From Candidatus Cloacimonadota bacterium (GTDB lineage Bacteria; Cloacimonadota; Cloacimonadia; G963667145): 64,000 nucleotides of DNA. Shown piece after piece: positions 38,943 to 48,843 of the stretch. The stretch spans positions 544,001-608,000 of the forward strand of contig OY762940.1 of assembly GCA_963667255.1 (NCBI GenBank), written 5' to 3'. The notes under the pieces were generated by a model. The model was given only the letters and a program-made list of their open reading frames with translations. It made no database searches and was not told the DNA's origin. The position numbers and the translations under genes are program-made. The first letter of the stretch is position 1. Each line of letters begins with the position of its first letter.

Positions 38943-39982
38943 CAGAAATTTTCCTTTTTGTTGTTGAACAACAGATAGAGGAAAAATGGTCCTCCGATGA
39001 GAGAGGTTAAAATGCCCAAGGGAATCTCTACAGCCGCTACATTTCTCGCAAAATTATCTACTATCAGGAGGAATACACTCCCCAATAAGCCGGAGGCAGG
39101 TATTACATATTTGTAATTTTGCCCTACTATGTATCTGCACATATGGGGCACTATTAGTCCTATCCAGCCTATCATTCCGCAAATGGAGATAGATGCTGCC
39201 GTTAGCAAGGTCGTTCCAAAAATTATAACAAGTCTAAGTGAAAATGTCGATATTCCCATCGATTTTGCTTCATCATCGCCAAAAGCCAGCAGATTGATTT
39301 TCCAGCGAAGCAAAATTAGAGGGACAAAGCCGATTGCAAGCGGGATAGTTATCAAATAGATATCCAAAGCGGTCACCGAGGACAGAGAGCCCATCAGCCA
39401 AAAAACTATCGTGGGAAGTTTGCTGTTTGGGTCAGCGACATATTTTATCAGAGAGACAAAAGCGGTAAATAGACTGCTCACCACCATTCCCGTGAGAATC
39501 ATCGTCAAAGTTATATCGCCCTTTTTTGCGAGGAAGTGACTGCCAAAGAAAGTTATGAGCACAGCTATCAGCCCGAAAATGAAAGCACTTATTTGGATAA
39601 AAAGGAAATTGAAAGAGAAAAGTATTCCCAGTGCCGCTCCAAAGCCTGAACCTGCTGCAGCCCCTAATATATTCGGGGAGACCATTGGATTGCGAAACAC
39701 TCCCTGACTGGCGGCTCCCGCCATAGACAGAGCACCACCCACCAGCATTGCTGCTATTACCCTCGGCAATCTCACAGACAAAACAACAGCCTGAAAGACA
39801 TCACTTGCCTCGTTGTGCAATATCCCCAATTTGCCGAGAAGCACTCTCATCACATCTACAGGCGAAATGTAAAACCTACCCAAAGCCAAAGACGCAAAGA
39901 AGACGATTATCAGCACTACAAAAATAATCGTTATTTTGACTTCGGGCGAGTTTCTATTTAGGGATTCCCCTTTTTTAGTCAT
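38942..39982 (-). CDS. FecCD/BtuC-family ABC permease
   Basis: RLPR, QGVFRNPMVSP.ILG, FWLMGSL, G.D.AKSMG, G.IGWIGLIVPH. Confidence 0.95.
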   Translation of the reverse strand: MTKKGESLNRNSPEVKITIIFVVLIIVFFASLALGRFYISPVDVMRVLLGKLGILHNEASDVFQAVVLSVRLPRVIAAMLVGGALSMAGAASQGVFRNPMVSPNILGAAAGSGFGAALGILFSFNFLFIQISAFIFGLIAVLITFFGSHFLAKKGDITLTMILTGMVVSSLFTAFVSLIKYVADPNSKLPTIVFWLMGSLSSVTALDIYLITIPLAIGFVPLILLRWKINLLAFGDDEAKSMGISTFSLRLVIIFGTTLLTAASISICGMIGWIGLIVPHMCRYIVGQNYKYVIPASGLLGSVFLLIVDNFARNVAAVEIPLGILTSLIGGPFFLYLLFNNKKENF

Positions 39983-39993
39983 CTATAAAATTT

Positions 39994-40890
39994 TTACAAA
40001 TTCCATACTAATTTCACAAAGAGTTTGAAATCTGGTTCCAAATCATTATCATCATAATATCTGTATATAGGGAATTCCACACTAAGATCATAGCTTAAGT
40101 CAGAGGTTACTCTGCCACCAAGACCAACGAGCCACCCGATAGTTGAGCTGCCATCATTTTGGGTTACACCGTAAGTTTTACTATCTGCAACAACCTCTCC
40201 AGTAAGTTCGGTTTTTATGCTTACAAAATTTTCTAAATATCTAGTATAAGACAAAATCCAACCCCACTCATCTCCGTCTTTATAGCCATAACAACCCTCT
40301 GAAAGAGCTATTCTATAAGTGTTGGAAACAAAAAACATATTATCTCCGAACTCTTTCCTCAATTTCAACTCCAACATATTGGCAAAAGCTCCGGAACCAA
40401 GATCCAGTACACCTGGCTTATTAAATACTGAAGAAGATACATGAGTATGTCCTGTCGGTAAAGTGACACTATAATAGGCTGCTAAAGCCCAAGGATCTTT
40501 TTTCTTTTGAGCCCATAGCCCATATTGGAAAAAAATCATCATATCAGCTAAGCCAAAATTGTCATCTTTCCCAAAGCTCGCCTCAGATATTTTCTTCACA
40601 ACAGGAATTTGAAGTTTGATGTCAAAATTGTGCCCAAGCCCACGACGGATCATCAGATTTTCTCTAATCATTGTTGTTTCCCAATCATTACGCTCAATTC
40701 CTCTAGTGGAACCTTCATAATAGTGTATTTTCTTGAAATACATAGTCTTGGAAACAATAATCATCTTCCCTTTGGGTAAAATCAACCCTCTAAAATAGTT
40801 AGGGGTTCTTTTGCCTCCCGTTTCCTCTGCCAGCAAAATTTGGCAGAGTCCCATTGCTACAAAAATAAACACACATAAGATTTTCTTCAT
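39994..40890 (-). CDS. Putative outer-membrane beta-barrel channel (MetA-pathway/phenol-degradation-like 'transporter')
   Basis: Signal peptide; GLADM and LPTG...LGSG patterns; alternating beta-strands; C-terminal KLFVKLVWNL. Confidence 0.6.
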   Translation of the reverse strand: MKKILCVFIFVAMGLCQILLAEETGGKRTPNYFRGLILPKGKMIIVSKTMYFKKIHYYEGSTRGIERNDWETTMIRENLMIRRGLGHNFDIKLQIPVVKKISEASFGKDDNFGLADMMIFFQYGLWAQKKKDPWALAAYYSVTLPTGHTHVSSSVFNKPGVLDLGSGAFANMLELKLRKEFGDNMFFVSNTYRIALSEGCYGYKDGDEWGWILSYTRYLENFVSIKTELTGEVVADSKTYGVTQNDGSSTIGWLVGLGGRVTSDLSYDLSVEFPIYRYYDDNDLEPDFKLFVKLVWNL

Positions 40891-41152
40891 CTCTTTCTCC
40901 TTATTTTAGGTTTTTGGTATTTTTATAAAATATAACGGGGAGAGAGAAGAAAAAAAACCGTCTTTGACCCCCGATTTATTTTATTACCACGCCATTCCTT
41001 GCAAAGATATTGAGAAGTGTCAACAAATTTTTTGGAAATAGAAAGGAAATGCTTATCAGTGTAAATATCCTTGAAAAAAGCAATTTACGATTGACAGAAC
41101 ATCTGCCCTGATTTTCTTTGAGGAGAATTTATTTTGGAGGAGGACTGACAAT

Positions 41153-41971
41153 ATGGTTAAAAATGTTTTGAACACAGCTAATGTTCTGCAATCGCGAGGG
41201 AAAGAGTTTGTTCTCGCTACTATTGTTGAGGGAGCCAGTGGTTCTCCCGGTAAAGCCGGCTTTAAGCTTATCTATCTCCCTGATGGTAAAACCAATGGCA
41301 CTCTTGGAGGTGGCAAGTTAGAGTTTGATAGCATTGCTATCTGTAAAGAGACTTTGAAAACCAAGGTAAACTCTTTGTCTTCTTTTGAGCTTACCGAAGA
41401 CAAACTGGGTATGGCTTGTGGAGGAAAGGTCAAAATTTTCTTTGAATATTTTGCACCTATGAAAATTTTTTACCTTTTCGGTTGCGGGCATTTGTGCCAA
41501 GCACTTTCTCCTATTTTGAGCACCTTGGGGTTCAAATTGGTGGCTATTGACAATCGCAGAGACTATGCTGTAAAAGAGAGATTGCCTTTTGTTGACGAAG
41601 TGGTTTGTGAGGATTATGTGGAGTTTTTGGATAAATTGCAAATCCAAGATAATGATGCGGTGGCTATATTCACTCATGGGCACTCACACGATCATGAGAT
41701 AGTGGAAAAAATATACAGTAAAGGTTTTGACGGGAAATACATTGGCTTGATAGGAGCTGCAGGAAAAGTTGCTACTTCTCTGAGGAAACTGAATATAAAA
41801 AAAGGTGATCCTTTTTTGAAGAAATTTTACAGTCCGATAGGCTTGAACATTGCTGAGACGACTACTGCGGAGATAGCTGTGGCTATTGCTGCGGAGGTGT
41901 TGGCTGTGTATAATGGAGTTGAGAAGATAACTTCATTTTGTGGTAAATTGGACAAATATTTAGATGATTAA
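41153..41971 (+). CDS. XdhC/CoxI family molybdoenzyme accessory protein
   Basis: GS.PGK.G, GTLGGG.LE, GMACGG, FGCGH, DNR, THGH.HD, SPIGL.I...T.EIAVAI.AE. Confidence 0.92.
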   Translation: MVKNVLNTANVLQSRGKEFVLATIVEGASGSPGKAGFKLIYLPDGKTNGTLGGGKLEFDSIAICKETLKTKVNSLSSFELTEDKLGMACGGKVKIFFEYFAPMKIFYLFGCGHLCQALSPILSTLGFKLVAIDNRRDYAVKERLPFVDEVVCEDYVEFLDKLQIQDNDAVAIFTHGHSHDHEIVEKIYSKGFDGKYIGLIGAAGKVATSLRKLNIKKGDPFLKKFYSPIGLNIAETTTAEIAVAIAAEVLAVYNGVEKITSFCGKLDKYLDD

Positions 41972-42005
41972 TTTAGAATACTGGAAGTATTAAGGAGATA
42001 GAAAA

Positions 42006-42203
42006 ATGGCTGGAAAAAAAGGCGGAAAAGCCAAACTTGCTCACGAAGCAAAAGGATCAGGGAAATCTATTTGTCCTGTTTGCAATAGTGAGATTAAGCA
42101 AATTAAATTTATAAAATCAAAAATTTCTGACAAAGGTGGTTGGTCTCCCAACTATGTGATGGAAAATGTGTGCAAATGCAACGAAAATGAGCTTTTGAAG
42201 TAG
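42006..42203 (+). CDS. Small basic protein with CxxC...CxC (putative zinc ribbon)
   Basis: Strong AAGGAG RBS; Lys-rich 65 aa; CPVC and CKC. Confidence 0.8.
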   Translation: MAGKKGGKAKLAHEAKGSGKSICPVCNSEIKQIKFIKSKISDKGGWSPNYVMENVCKCNENELLK

Positions 42204-42215
42204 GAATATTTTTTT

Positions 42216-42995
42216 ATGATTAATGTTGATTGGAAAGATAGATTTGACAAAGATATAGATTTTTTTGTCGATGAGAGGTTGCCTTCTGCTGATTATGATG
42301 TAGGGGTAATCTATCGTATTTTCCCAATCAGAGAAGAGGGAATGGTTCCACAGGAAGTTTTGGACTATGTTGGGAAGAAAATCGCTAAATGTGGCAAGGA
42401 GTTAAACCAAGATTTTTTCGCTTATGTCTGGGGGAAATTGGGCAAGGAAGGCAAATATTTGTCTGTTGTTCTTTTTTCCGAATTGGCTAAAAAGGATGAG
42501 AAATTTTATCAAGAGATTGTTACTCCTTATCTGAAAAAAGCTCATGGCGAGATACTTGATATGATGATTAAGAAAATCGTTGCTCCCGCTTTGCGTAAGG
42601 ATGTAGGGAAGGGCTTGGATACTATTTTGATGCTTGTTCAAAAGGAAGAGACATCTATAAATAAGAGTCTTTTGAGTGTGCTGGGGAGTGATTTTAAGAA
42701 GAGACCTGAGTTTATAGAAACTGCATTTTCCAAACTGTCTATGCTGATTAGTGAAGGCGGAGACGAGACTGGCAAGTTTTTCATAGATTTGTTGAAGAAA
42801 ATAGCCAAAATAGACGAAAAGATTTTTAGCGATATTTTTTGTGAATTGAGCAGGACTAAGGACGGACATGTGATTGAGGTGCTTAGTAAAGCTATTTTTG
42901 TGAAGACTGACGCTGTGGAAGCTGAGGTTGAATCTTGGGGAACTAGTGGAAATGCCAAAATTAAAAAAAGTTTTGTGAGAGCGAAAAAAAAATAG
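42216..42995 (+). CDS. Hypothetical all-helical (ARM/HEAT-like) protein
   Basis: 259-aa ORF in the gene run with amphipathic helical periodicity. Confidence 0.65.
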   Translation: MINVDWKDRFDKDIDFFVDERLPSADYDVGVIYRIFPIREEGMVPQEVLDYVGKKIAKCGKELNQDFFAYVWGKLGKEGKYLSVVLFSELAKKDEKFYQEIVTPYLKKAHGEILDMMIKKIVAPALRKDVGKGLDTILMLVQKEETSINKSLLSVLGSDFKKRPEFIETAFSKLSMLISEGGDETGKFFIDLLKKIAKIDEKIFSDIFCELSRTKDGHVIEVLSKAIFVKTDAVEAEVESWGTSGNAKIKKSFVRAKKK

Positions 42996-43074
42996 AAGCG
43001 ATAATTTTTATAAAGCTCTATCTTTGTATTTGTTGATTGCAAATCGGATAGGGCTTATTTTTTTAGGATTTGAT

Positions 43075-44142
43075 GTGAGAAGAAAAACCAGAGAGATAAA
43101 GATGGGTAGCCTCTTGATAGGGGGAGATAACCCTATATATATCCAGTCTATGTGCACTACGGACACGGGGAATGTGGCGGCTACTGTTGGGCAAATCAGA
43201 GAGCTGGAGGATGCGGGATGTGAAGTAGCGAGGTTGGCTGTTCCCGATGAAGAGGCTTGTAACGCTTTGCCAAAAATTTTGGAGCAGGTTAAGATACCGA
43301 TTGTTGCGGACATTCATTTCGATTATCGCTTGGCTTTGGCGTCTCTCAGAGCGGGAGTTCATGGTTTGCGGATTAATCCCGGGAATATCGGTGGAGAGCA
43401 AAGGGTGCGGGAAGTGGTTTCTGTGGCACGAGATTTGCAAGTCCCGATTAGGATTGGTGTGAATGGTGGTTCTCTCGATAAGAAGTGGTCGGATAAATAC
43501 GGGCTGTCTGCGGAGGCTCTGGTGGAGAGTGCGTTGGAGCATGTCGCCATTTTGGAGAAATTTGGATTTTATCAGACGAAAATCTCGGTGAAAGCCTCGG
43601 ATGTTTCGTTGATGGTGGACAGCTATCGCTTGCTTTCGCAAAAAGTTGATTATCCCTTGCACTTGGGAGTGACGGAAGCCGGAGACGATTTTGCTGGATT
43701 GATAAAATCGGGAATTGGAATTGGCTCGTTGCTTTTGGATGGAATAGGAGACACGATTAGGGTTTCGCTTACGGCTTCTCCCGTAAAAGAGGTTTATGCA
43801 GCCAAAGAGATATTGAAGAGTCTCGGACTTCGCCAAGGTTTGCAGATAGTTTCTTGTCCTACATGTGGCAGAACGAAAATCAATCTTATAGATTTGGCGG
43901 CAAAAGTAAAAAAAGCTTTGACATCTTTTCAAGAGTTTGATTTAAAAGTGGCGGTAATGGGATGTGTGGTCAATGGACCGCAGGAGGCAAGGGAAGCTGA
44001 TTATGGAGTTGCAGGTGGAGTTGGAGAGGGGCTGATATTCGCCAAGGGTAAAATAGTAAAAAAAGTTCATGAAAGCAAACTTTTGGATGAGTTGGTGGAG
44101 CTGATAGAACGAAAGGAAGGCATAGACAGTGGGAACAAGTAA
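43075..44142 (+). CDS. ispG: (E)-4-hydroxy-3-methylbut-2-enyl-diphosphate synthase
   Basis: IQSM, ADIHF, RINPGN, RIGVN.GSL, LHLGVTEAG, GDTIRVSL, CPTCGR, MGCVVNGP. GTG at 43075 chosen as start. Confidence 0.97.
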   Translation: MRRKTREIKMGSLLIGGDNPIYIQSMCTTDTGNVAATVGQIRELEDAGCEVARLAVPDEEACNALPKILEQVKIPIVADIHFDYRLALASLRAGVHGLRINPGNIGGEQRVREVVSVARDLQVPIRIGVNGGSLDKKWSDKYGLSAEALVESALEHVAILEKFGFYQTKISVKASDVSLMVDSYRLLSQKVDYPLHLGVTEAGDDFAGLIKSGIGIGSLLLDGIGDTIRVSLTASPVKEVYAAKEILKSLGLRQGLQIVSCPTCGRTKINLIDLAAKVKKALTSFQEFDLKVAVMGCVVNGPQEAREADYGVAGGVGEGLIFAKGKIVKKVHESKLLDELVELIERKEGIDSGNK

Positions 44143-46054
44143 ATCGAACAGCAGGGATATTATTCTTTTTGAAGGGAAATCTTACAATCCCGTAGTCGGC
44201 TCTTCGGTAATTTCGGGGATTTTTGCCAATAAAGGCGGTAATATCAACCGCTACGATGCTGTGATGAGCACCATAAGCACAAAATACAAATCTCATTTTT
44301 TCAAGGGTGTCTATTCTTCGGCTGAATTGGAATTGAGATTGCGAGAGATAGACAATTTTTATCTTTATGTCAAAGCTATGTTGGAGAGGGTCGCAGAGCC
44401 GGGGCACGAATGTTTTGACCTTTTGACTTCCGGAGACGCCAAGTCGTTTGCTCATTCTGTGGGGAGCATCGGTGGAGACAAGAGAAAACAAGCTTTTTTG
44501 AGTTATATTCAGGGTGTTTACTTTATAGGAAAATATGCTTTTAATTTGGCTATTCCCATGTTCGAAAAAGCTGTTCAGTTAGACCCGAATACTAATAAGT
44601 ATCGAAGCGAGTTGGTGGCAACTTATATTAAGTTGGAAGATTTGAGCAAGGCTAAATCTATTGGTGAGAGCAGTCTTAATAATCAGGCTTCGACTTCCGA
44701 TACATCTGAATTAGCTGTAACTTATGCTTATTTGATGATTATCTACGCTAAACTGAAAGACTTTGAAAAAGCGATGATTTGCAAGAAGCGGGCAGAGAGT
44801 TTGGGGATTAATCAGGGAAAATACGAGTGGGACAATTTCCGCTATGCCAAAGTGCTGAAGCTGTTGGGCGACACTTTGTATTGCTGGGGACAATACGATT
44901 CGGCGAAGGCTTATTACAACAAGGCTCTGACTTTTAATTCGCGGATGATGGAGGCAAATCGCAGTGTTTTATTGGATTTGGATTTGATGTGTGCCAATTG
45001 TGATGTGTGGATGAAAACTGGTCGATTTGGCAAAGCTGAAGAGTATGTGAAAAAGGCTGAAAACTCTTTATATTCGCTATCTAATGGGAAATCTCTTCGT
45101 AAGGCTTGGGTTTTCTCTTTGAATGGGAAATTGCAAGAACTTCGTGGAGATTATTCGCAGGCTTGCGGATATTATCGAAGTGCAGTTGTTGAGCTGGAGG
45201 GGAGTGTGGGTCATTCCCATTTGTTGGCTGGAGTGATTTTTGCCGACTATGCCAGATGCAATGCCATAGGCGGTGTGGGTGATAGTGTTGGCGGTTCTCT
45301 TGCTAATATCGTTTCAGCTTGTAAGGGTGGATTGGTATTTTCCGATGATGAAAAGTATAACAAATATTTTACTTGTGGCAGAGCGAAAAAAAATCTGAGA
45401 GATTATAGTTCTGCTGTCAAATATTATAAAAAAGCTCTGAGTAATTATGCGGATGAGTTTGGGAAATTTAGTTTCAAGGTGTTCACTGCTCAAAAATCGA
45501 TTGCCAAGTGCTATTTGAAATTGGGCAAAACGAGCAAGGCGAAGAAATATATTTTGGCGGCTATCCAGACATATCAAGGGCTGTGTTTGCCAGATTATCC
45601 CGAATATGCAACTTTGCTTATGTTGTATGGAGATGTTTTGTTGGCGGACAAAACTCTGACTGAAGCGGTGAATTTTTATGAAAAAGCTCTGAAGATGTCT
45701 TCGCAAAATTACGGTTCGGTAAATGCAATAACGGCAAAGGTTTATGAGGTTTTGAGCAATATCTATACCAAGCATGAGGTTTACGATAAGGCGATTTCCT
45801 ATCTGAACGGAGTGCTTTCTTTCAAGAGTGGGCTGCATGGTGCACGCGAGCTGGATTTTGCTTCCGATTACCGTAGTTTGGCCTCGTTGTGGCACAAAAA
45901 CGGGAATCTTACCAAAGCGAAAGAGTATTACTATAAGGTGTATCAAATCTATTTTAGGGATTTGGGCGTTTCTCACAAGGAGACCGAGTCTGCCAAAAGA
46001 GATTTTGAGAACATTTCGCAGGCATTGGAGAATAAGTCGTCTAAAAAGAAGTGA
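44129..46054 (+). CDS. Tetratricopeptide-repeat protein
   Basis: Multiple TPR patterns (GQYDSAKAYYNKAL, DYSSAVKYYKKAL, GNLTKAKEYY). Confidence 0.85.
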   Translation: MGTSKSNSRDIILFEGKSYNPVVGSSVISGIFANKGGNINRYDAVMSTISTKYKSHFFKGVYSSAELELRLREIDNFYLYVKAMLERVAEPGHECFDLLTSGDAKSFAHSVGSIGGDKRKQAFLSYIQGVYFIGKYAFNLAIPMFEKAVQLDPNTNKYRSELVATYIKLEDLSKAKSIGESSLNNQASTSDTSELAVTYAYLMIIYAKLKDFEKAMICKKRAESLGINQGKYEWDNFRYAKVLKLLGDTLYCWGQYDSAKAYYNKALTFNSRMMEANRSVLLDLDLMCANCDVWMKTGRFGKAEEYVKKAENSLYSLSNGKSLRKAWVFSLNGKLQELRGDYSQACGYYRSAVVELEGSVGHSHLLAGVIFADYARCNAIGGVGDSVGGSLANIVSACKGGLVFSDDEKYNKYFTCGRAKKNLRDYSSAVKYYKKALSNYADEFGKFSFKVFTAQKSIAKCYLKLGKTSKAKKYILAAIQTYQGLCLPDYPEYATLLMLYGDVLLADKTLTEAVNFYEKALKMSSQNYGSVNAITAKVYEVLSNIYTKHEVYDKAISYLNGVLSFKSGLHGARELDFASDYRSLASLWHKNGNLTKAKEYYYKVYQIYFRDLGVSHKETESAKRDFENISQALENKSSKKK

Positions 46055-46737
46055 TGAAAAAAAAACTTTATTTCACTATTTGGGCGTTGATTTTTTTGAC
46101 TTCGGGAATTCCGTTTGTTCTCTATCCGTTGCTCTCTCCTATGAGAAAACTCAGAAATGCGGTTATCAGAGCGTTCGCTTTTTTTTATGCTCGCTTGAGC
46201 ATCCTCGCTACAGAGAGCAAATTTCAGATTGTGGGGAGAGAGAATCTGCCCGAGACGAATTTTCTGGCTGTTTGCAATCATCAGAACTTACTCGATATTC
46301 CCGTGATTATTTGTGCTATTCCGCGGACAATTGGGTTTATTGCCAAGAGCGAGTTATACAAAGTGCCTATCTTGGCGATGTGGATGAGGCTGCTGGGATG
46401 TATTGGATTGAAACGGAGTAGTGCCAAGGCTTCCGCCGATGTTTTTCGTAAAGGCGTGAAGAAATTGAAATCCGGTCAAAATCTTATAGTGTTTCCAGAA
46501 GGAACTAGGAGCAGAGATGGCAAAATCAAGAAATTTAAAGCGGGAAGTTTCAAAATGGCTGTGTTAGCGGAAGTTCCGGTAGTGCCGATTACTTGCATAG
46601 GGACAAACAAGCTGTTTTCGCCAAACAATGTGATAAGAGTGATAATCAATCCTCCCGTGAGTTCTGCGGGCAAATCTACCAAAGAGTTGGCGGAAGAGGT
46701 GCAAAAGGTTGTGGAGAAGGGGTTGACGGTTAGTTGA
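46051..46737 (+). CDS. plsC: 1-acyl-sn-glycerol-3-phosphate acyltransferase
   Basis: NHQNLLD (HxxxxD), FIAK.EL, FPEGTRS, FKAGSF, VPVVP. Confidence 0.93.
   Translation: MMKKKLYFTIWALIFLTSGIPFVLYPLLSPMRKLRNAVIRAFAFFYARLSILATESKFQIVGRENLPETNFLAVCNHQNLLDIPVIICAIPRTIGFIAKSELYKVPILAMWMRLLGCIGLKRSSAKASADVFRKGVKKLKSGQNLIVFPEGTRSRDGKIKKFKAGSFKMAVLAEVPVVPITCIGTNKLFSPNNVIRVIINPPVSSAGKSTKELAEEVQKVVEKGLTVS
46671..46724 (+). repeat. Direct repeat A, copy 1 (3' end of plsC)
   Basis: 54 bp; matches 49095-49148 with 2 mismatches. Confidence 0.95.
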
Positions 46738-46823
46738 AACGATTAACCTTCAATTTATTACTAATTTTATTTAGTTCTGTAAACTTCAACATCAGTAGAT
46801 TACCCAAATTACATATAGCCTTT

Positions 46824-46839
46824 GTTAGCGTTTCGTGCT
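46824..46839 (-). other. attC-like inverse core site downstream of the nuclease gene
   Basis: Minus strand reads AGCACGAAACGCTAAC just after the stop codon; inverted match to 48893-48907. Confidence 0.6.
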
Positions 46840-46842
46840 TTT

Positions 46843-47622
46843 TTATTTCGGAGTTACTTGCCAAGTAATAGCGTCAAAGTTGAAATCTGAAAACAATTCA
46901 TTTTGACTTATTATTTTGACATCTCCACGCCTTGTTTCTCTGTTAAAATTGTAAACTCGGTAAATAAAGGCAGAATCTTCGTATTCCTCAAAAAAGTTTT
47001 TTTCATTTTTACTCATATAAAATGGTTGATTGAAATCACCGCTTGTAGTTTTAACTTCAATATAACGAGGAGAACCGTCATCATTTATCGAGGAAATATC
47101 ATAACCTAAGCCATCTCCTTGTAATCGACTCAAATGCTGAACATTTTCCGTTGCTTTCGTTCTGTCTATTGAAAGAGCATCAATTAAGCGGTCAATTTCA
47201 AACTCTTTTATAAATTCTTCACCTTGGTCGCCTATTTCATTATTTCGGTCTCTCACTTTTTCCCAATCAACTTTACGAGCAATAAAGCGTCTTGTTTTTC
47301 CCTTTATTTTTGTTACTTCCACAGGTTGAATAACCGTTTGTGAAATAGGGTTTAGCAGAGAGAATTTGGCAGGGAGTGAACTTTTGTTAACTACAAAACC
47401 TTCATCATATGTCTTTATTGTTTCTCTTTGGTGAGCAACAATATTTCCTATCCGTTGAATGATAAGAACTTCGATTCGTGTTGTCGAGGGTATATTGTCC
47501 TCTTCACTAAATTCTAAAACTGTGTGTAAAAGTTGTTTTACTTCTGATGTGTTTAATTCACCATAAACGGTTAATAATGGTTTAATTGCCCGTCTTATTT
47601 CTGCTTCTGTATGTGCTGCCAT
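46843..47622 (-). CDS. DUF3883-type PD-(D/E)xK nuclease, putative restriction endonuclease
   Basis: G..GEE...EFE, GDGLGYDI.S, RYIEVKTT, FYMS.NE, IYRVYNF; 9 bp downstream of the methyltransferase. Confidence 0.85.
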   Translation of the reverse strand: MAAHTEAEIRRAIKPLLTVYGELNTSEVKQLLHTVLEFSEEDNIPSTTRIEVLIIQRIGNIVAHQRETIKTYDEGFVVNKSSLPAKFSLLNPISQTVIQPVEVTKIKGKTRRFIARKVDWEKVRDRNNEIGDQGEEFIKEFEIDRLIDALSIDRTKATENVQHLSRLQGDGLGYDISSINDDGSPRYIEVKTTSGDFNQPFYMSKNEKNFFEEYEDSAFIYRVYNFNRETRRGDVKIISQNELFSDFNFDAITWQVTPK

Positions 47623-47631
47623 TACTCTTTC

Positions 47632-48831
47632 TTAATAGTTCGTTATCATTAAATGTTCTGTCTCTCGGTTATTTCTATTCATAAAACTAACCAAATAGGT
47701 TTTGTCAAACGATTGGATTTTTAATCCTTTGTTATTGTATAATTCAAAAATGAAATCAGTATTTTTAATTATCATCATCCATTTTGCTTTGCATTTATTG
47801 ATAAGATATTTCGCTAATCTTTCTTGGTCTTTTCTTGTAAACTCGTTTTTTGCATAAGTGCTAAACTCACTGTCGTATGGTGGGTCAAGAAAAACAAAGT
47901 CATTCTTCGAAGGATTGTGTTTATAAAAGAAATCTTCAAAATCTATATTCTCAATTATTGTACTGTCAAGTAAAGATTTTAGTTCTTTTGTTTTTAGATA
48001 ATCAACTTTTTTGGAAAAGTTTTTTCGATTATAAGCAATTCCTCCATAAGGGACATTAAAATCACCGTTTGAATTATATCGAAACATTCCACTATAGGCG
48101 AAATTTCTAATAAAAAGAAAGATAGCAGATTTAAAAGCGTTATTAATTCTATATTTTTCTGTGTTATTGTAGATGTGACGAAAATGCATATAGAAAGCAC
48201 TTTTAAGTGCTGTTTCTATATTGTCTAAAATATCGTTATTTGGTAAAACTTGTTTGATTTTTTCAAGTTCCTTCATTCGTTTTATTTTACGAATTAGATT
48301 TATTTTAATTTCTTTAATAAAGTTTTCAATATTGAAGTTGAAGATAGTAGAAAACATTCCATTAAATTCTTCAGCATGAGATAAAATAAATTCAAAAAGG
48401 ATATCTTTTAATTTGGTTTCATCAATCAAGTCATCAGAATACTTTTTGTATGTTATTATAAAAAAATCTGAGTTTCTTTCAATTACGGAGGTCAGTAAAT
48501 TCCAATTATGTATAATCTCATCTACGGCTTTGAAAAAAAGTTGTTTATTACCATTTGTAATACTTTGATACAAATCAATTAACTCATCTGATTTGTCATT
48601 AATGTAGTATTTGTTTGCTTGTAAAGCTGTGTACACAGCTCCACCTCCAACAAATGGCTCAAAATAGTTTTCAAATTTTTCGGGGAGATTAGGAACAATA
48701 TATTTTAATTCTTGTTCTTTTCCTCCAGCCCATTTTATAATTGGGTATAACCGTCTTGCCTTAACATAATTGCCTATACCTAATCCAATTTGGTTATAGG
48801 TTGCAACAGGTTCTTGTACTATATTATTCAT
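47632..48831 (-). CDS. Dam/D12-family N6-adenine DNA methyltransferase
   Basis: KWAGGK, EPFVGGGAV, IND, FR.N..G.FNVPYG, FLDPPY. Confidence 0.93.
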   Translation of the reverse strand: MNNIVQEPVATYNQIGLGIGNYVKARRLYPIIKWAGGKEQELKYIVPNLPEKFENYFEPFVGGGAVYTALQANKYYINDKSDELIDLYQSITNGNKQLFFKAVDEIIHNWNLLTSVIERNSDFFIITYKKYSDDLIDETKLKDILFEFILSHAEEFNGMFSTIFNFNIENFIKEIKINLIRKIKRMKELEKIKQVLPNNDILDNIETALKSAFYMHFRHIYNNTEKYRINNAFKSAIFLFIRNFAYSGMFRYNSNGDFNVPYGGIAYNRKNFSKKVDYLKTKELKSLLDSTIIENIDFEDFFYKHNPSKNDFVFLDPPYDSEFSTYAKNEFTRKDQERLAKYLINKCKAKWMMIIKNTDFIFELYNNKGLKIQSFDKTYLVSFMNRNNRETEHLMITNY

Positions 48832-48835
48832 ATTA

Positions 48836-48843
48836 CAAAGTTA
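48836..48843 (-). promoter_or_regulatory. Bacteroidota-type -7 promoter element (TAnnTTTG)
   Basis: TAACTTTG ends 4 nt before the methyltransferase ATG; no Shine-Dalgarno sequence. Confidence 0.4.

Noticed and set aside
40891..41152. Cobalamin or Moco riboswitch upstream of the ABC operon or xdhC-like gene
   Set aside because: No B12-box or other conserved riboswitch core recognised; an Rfam scan is needed to exclude it fully.
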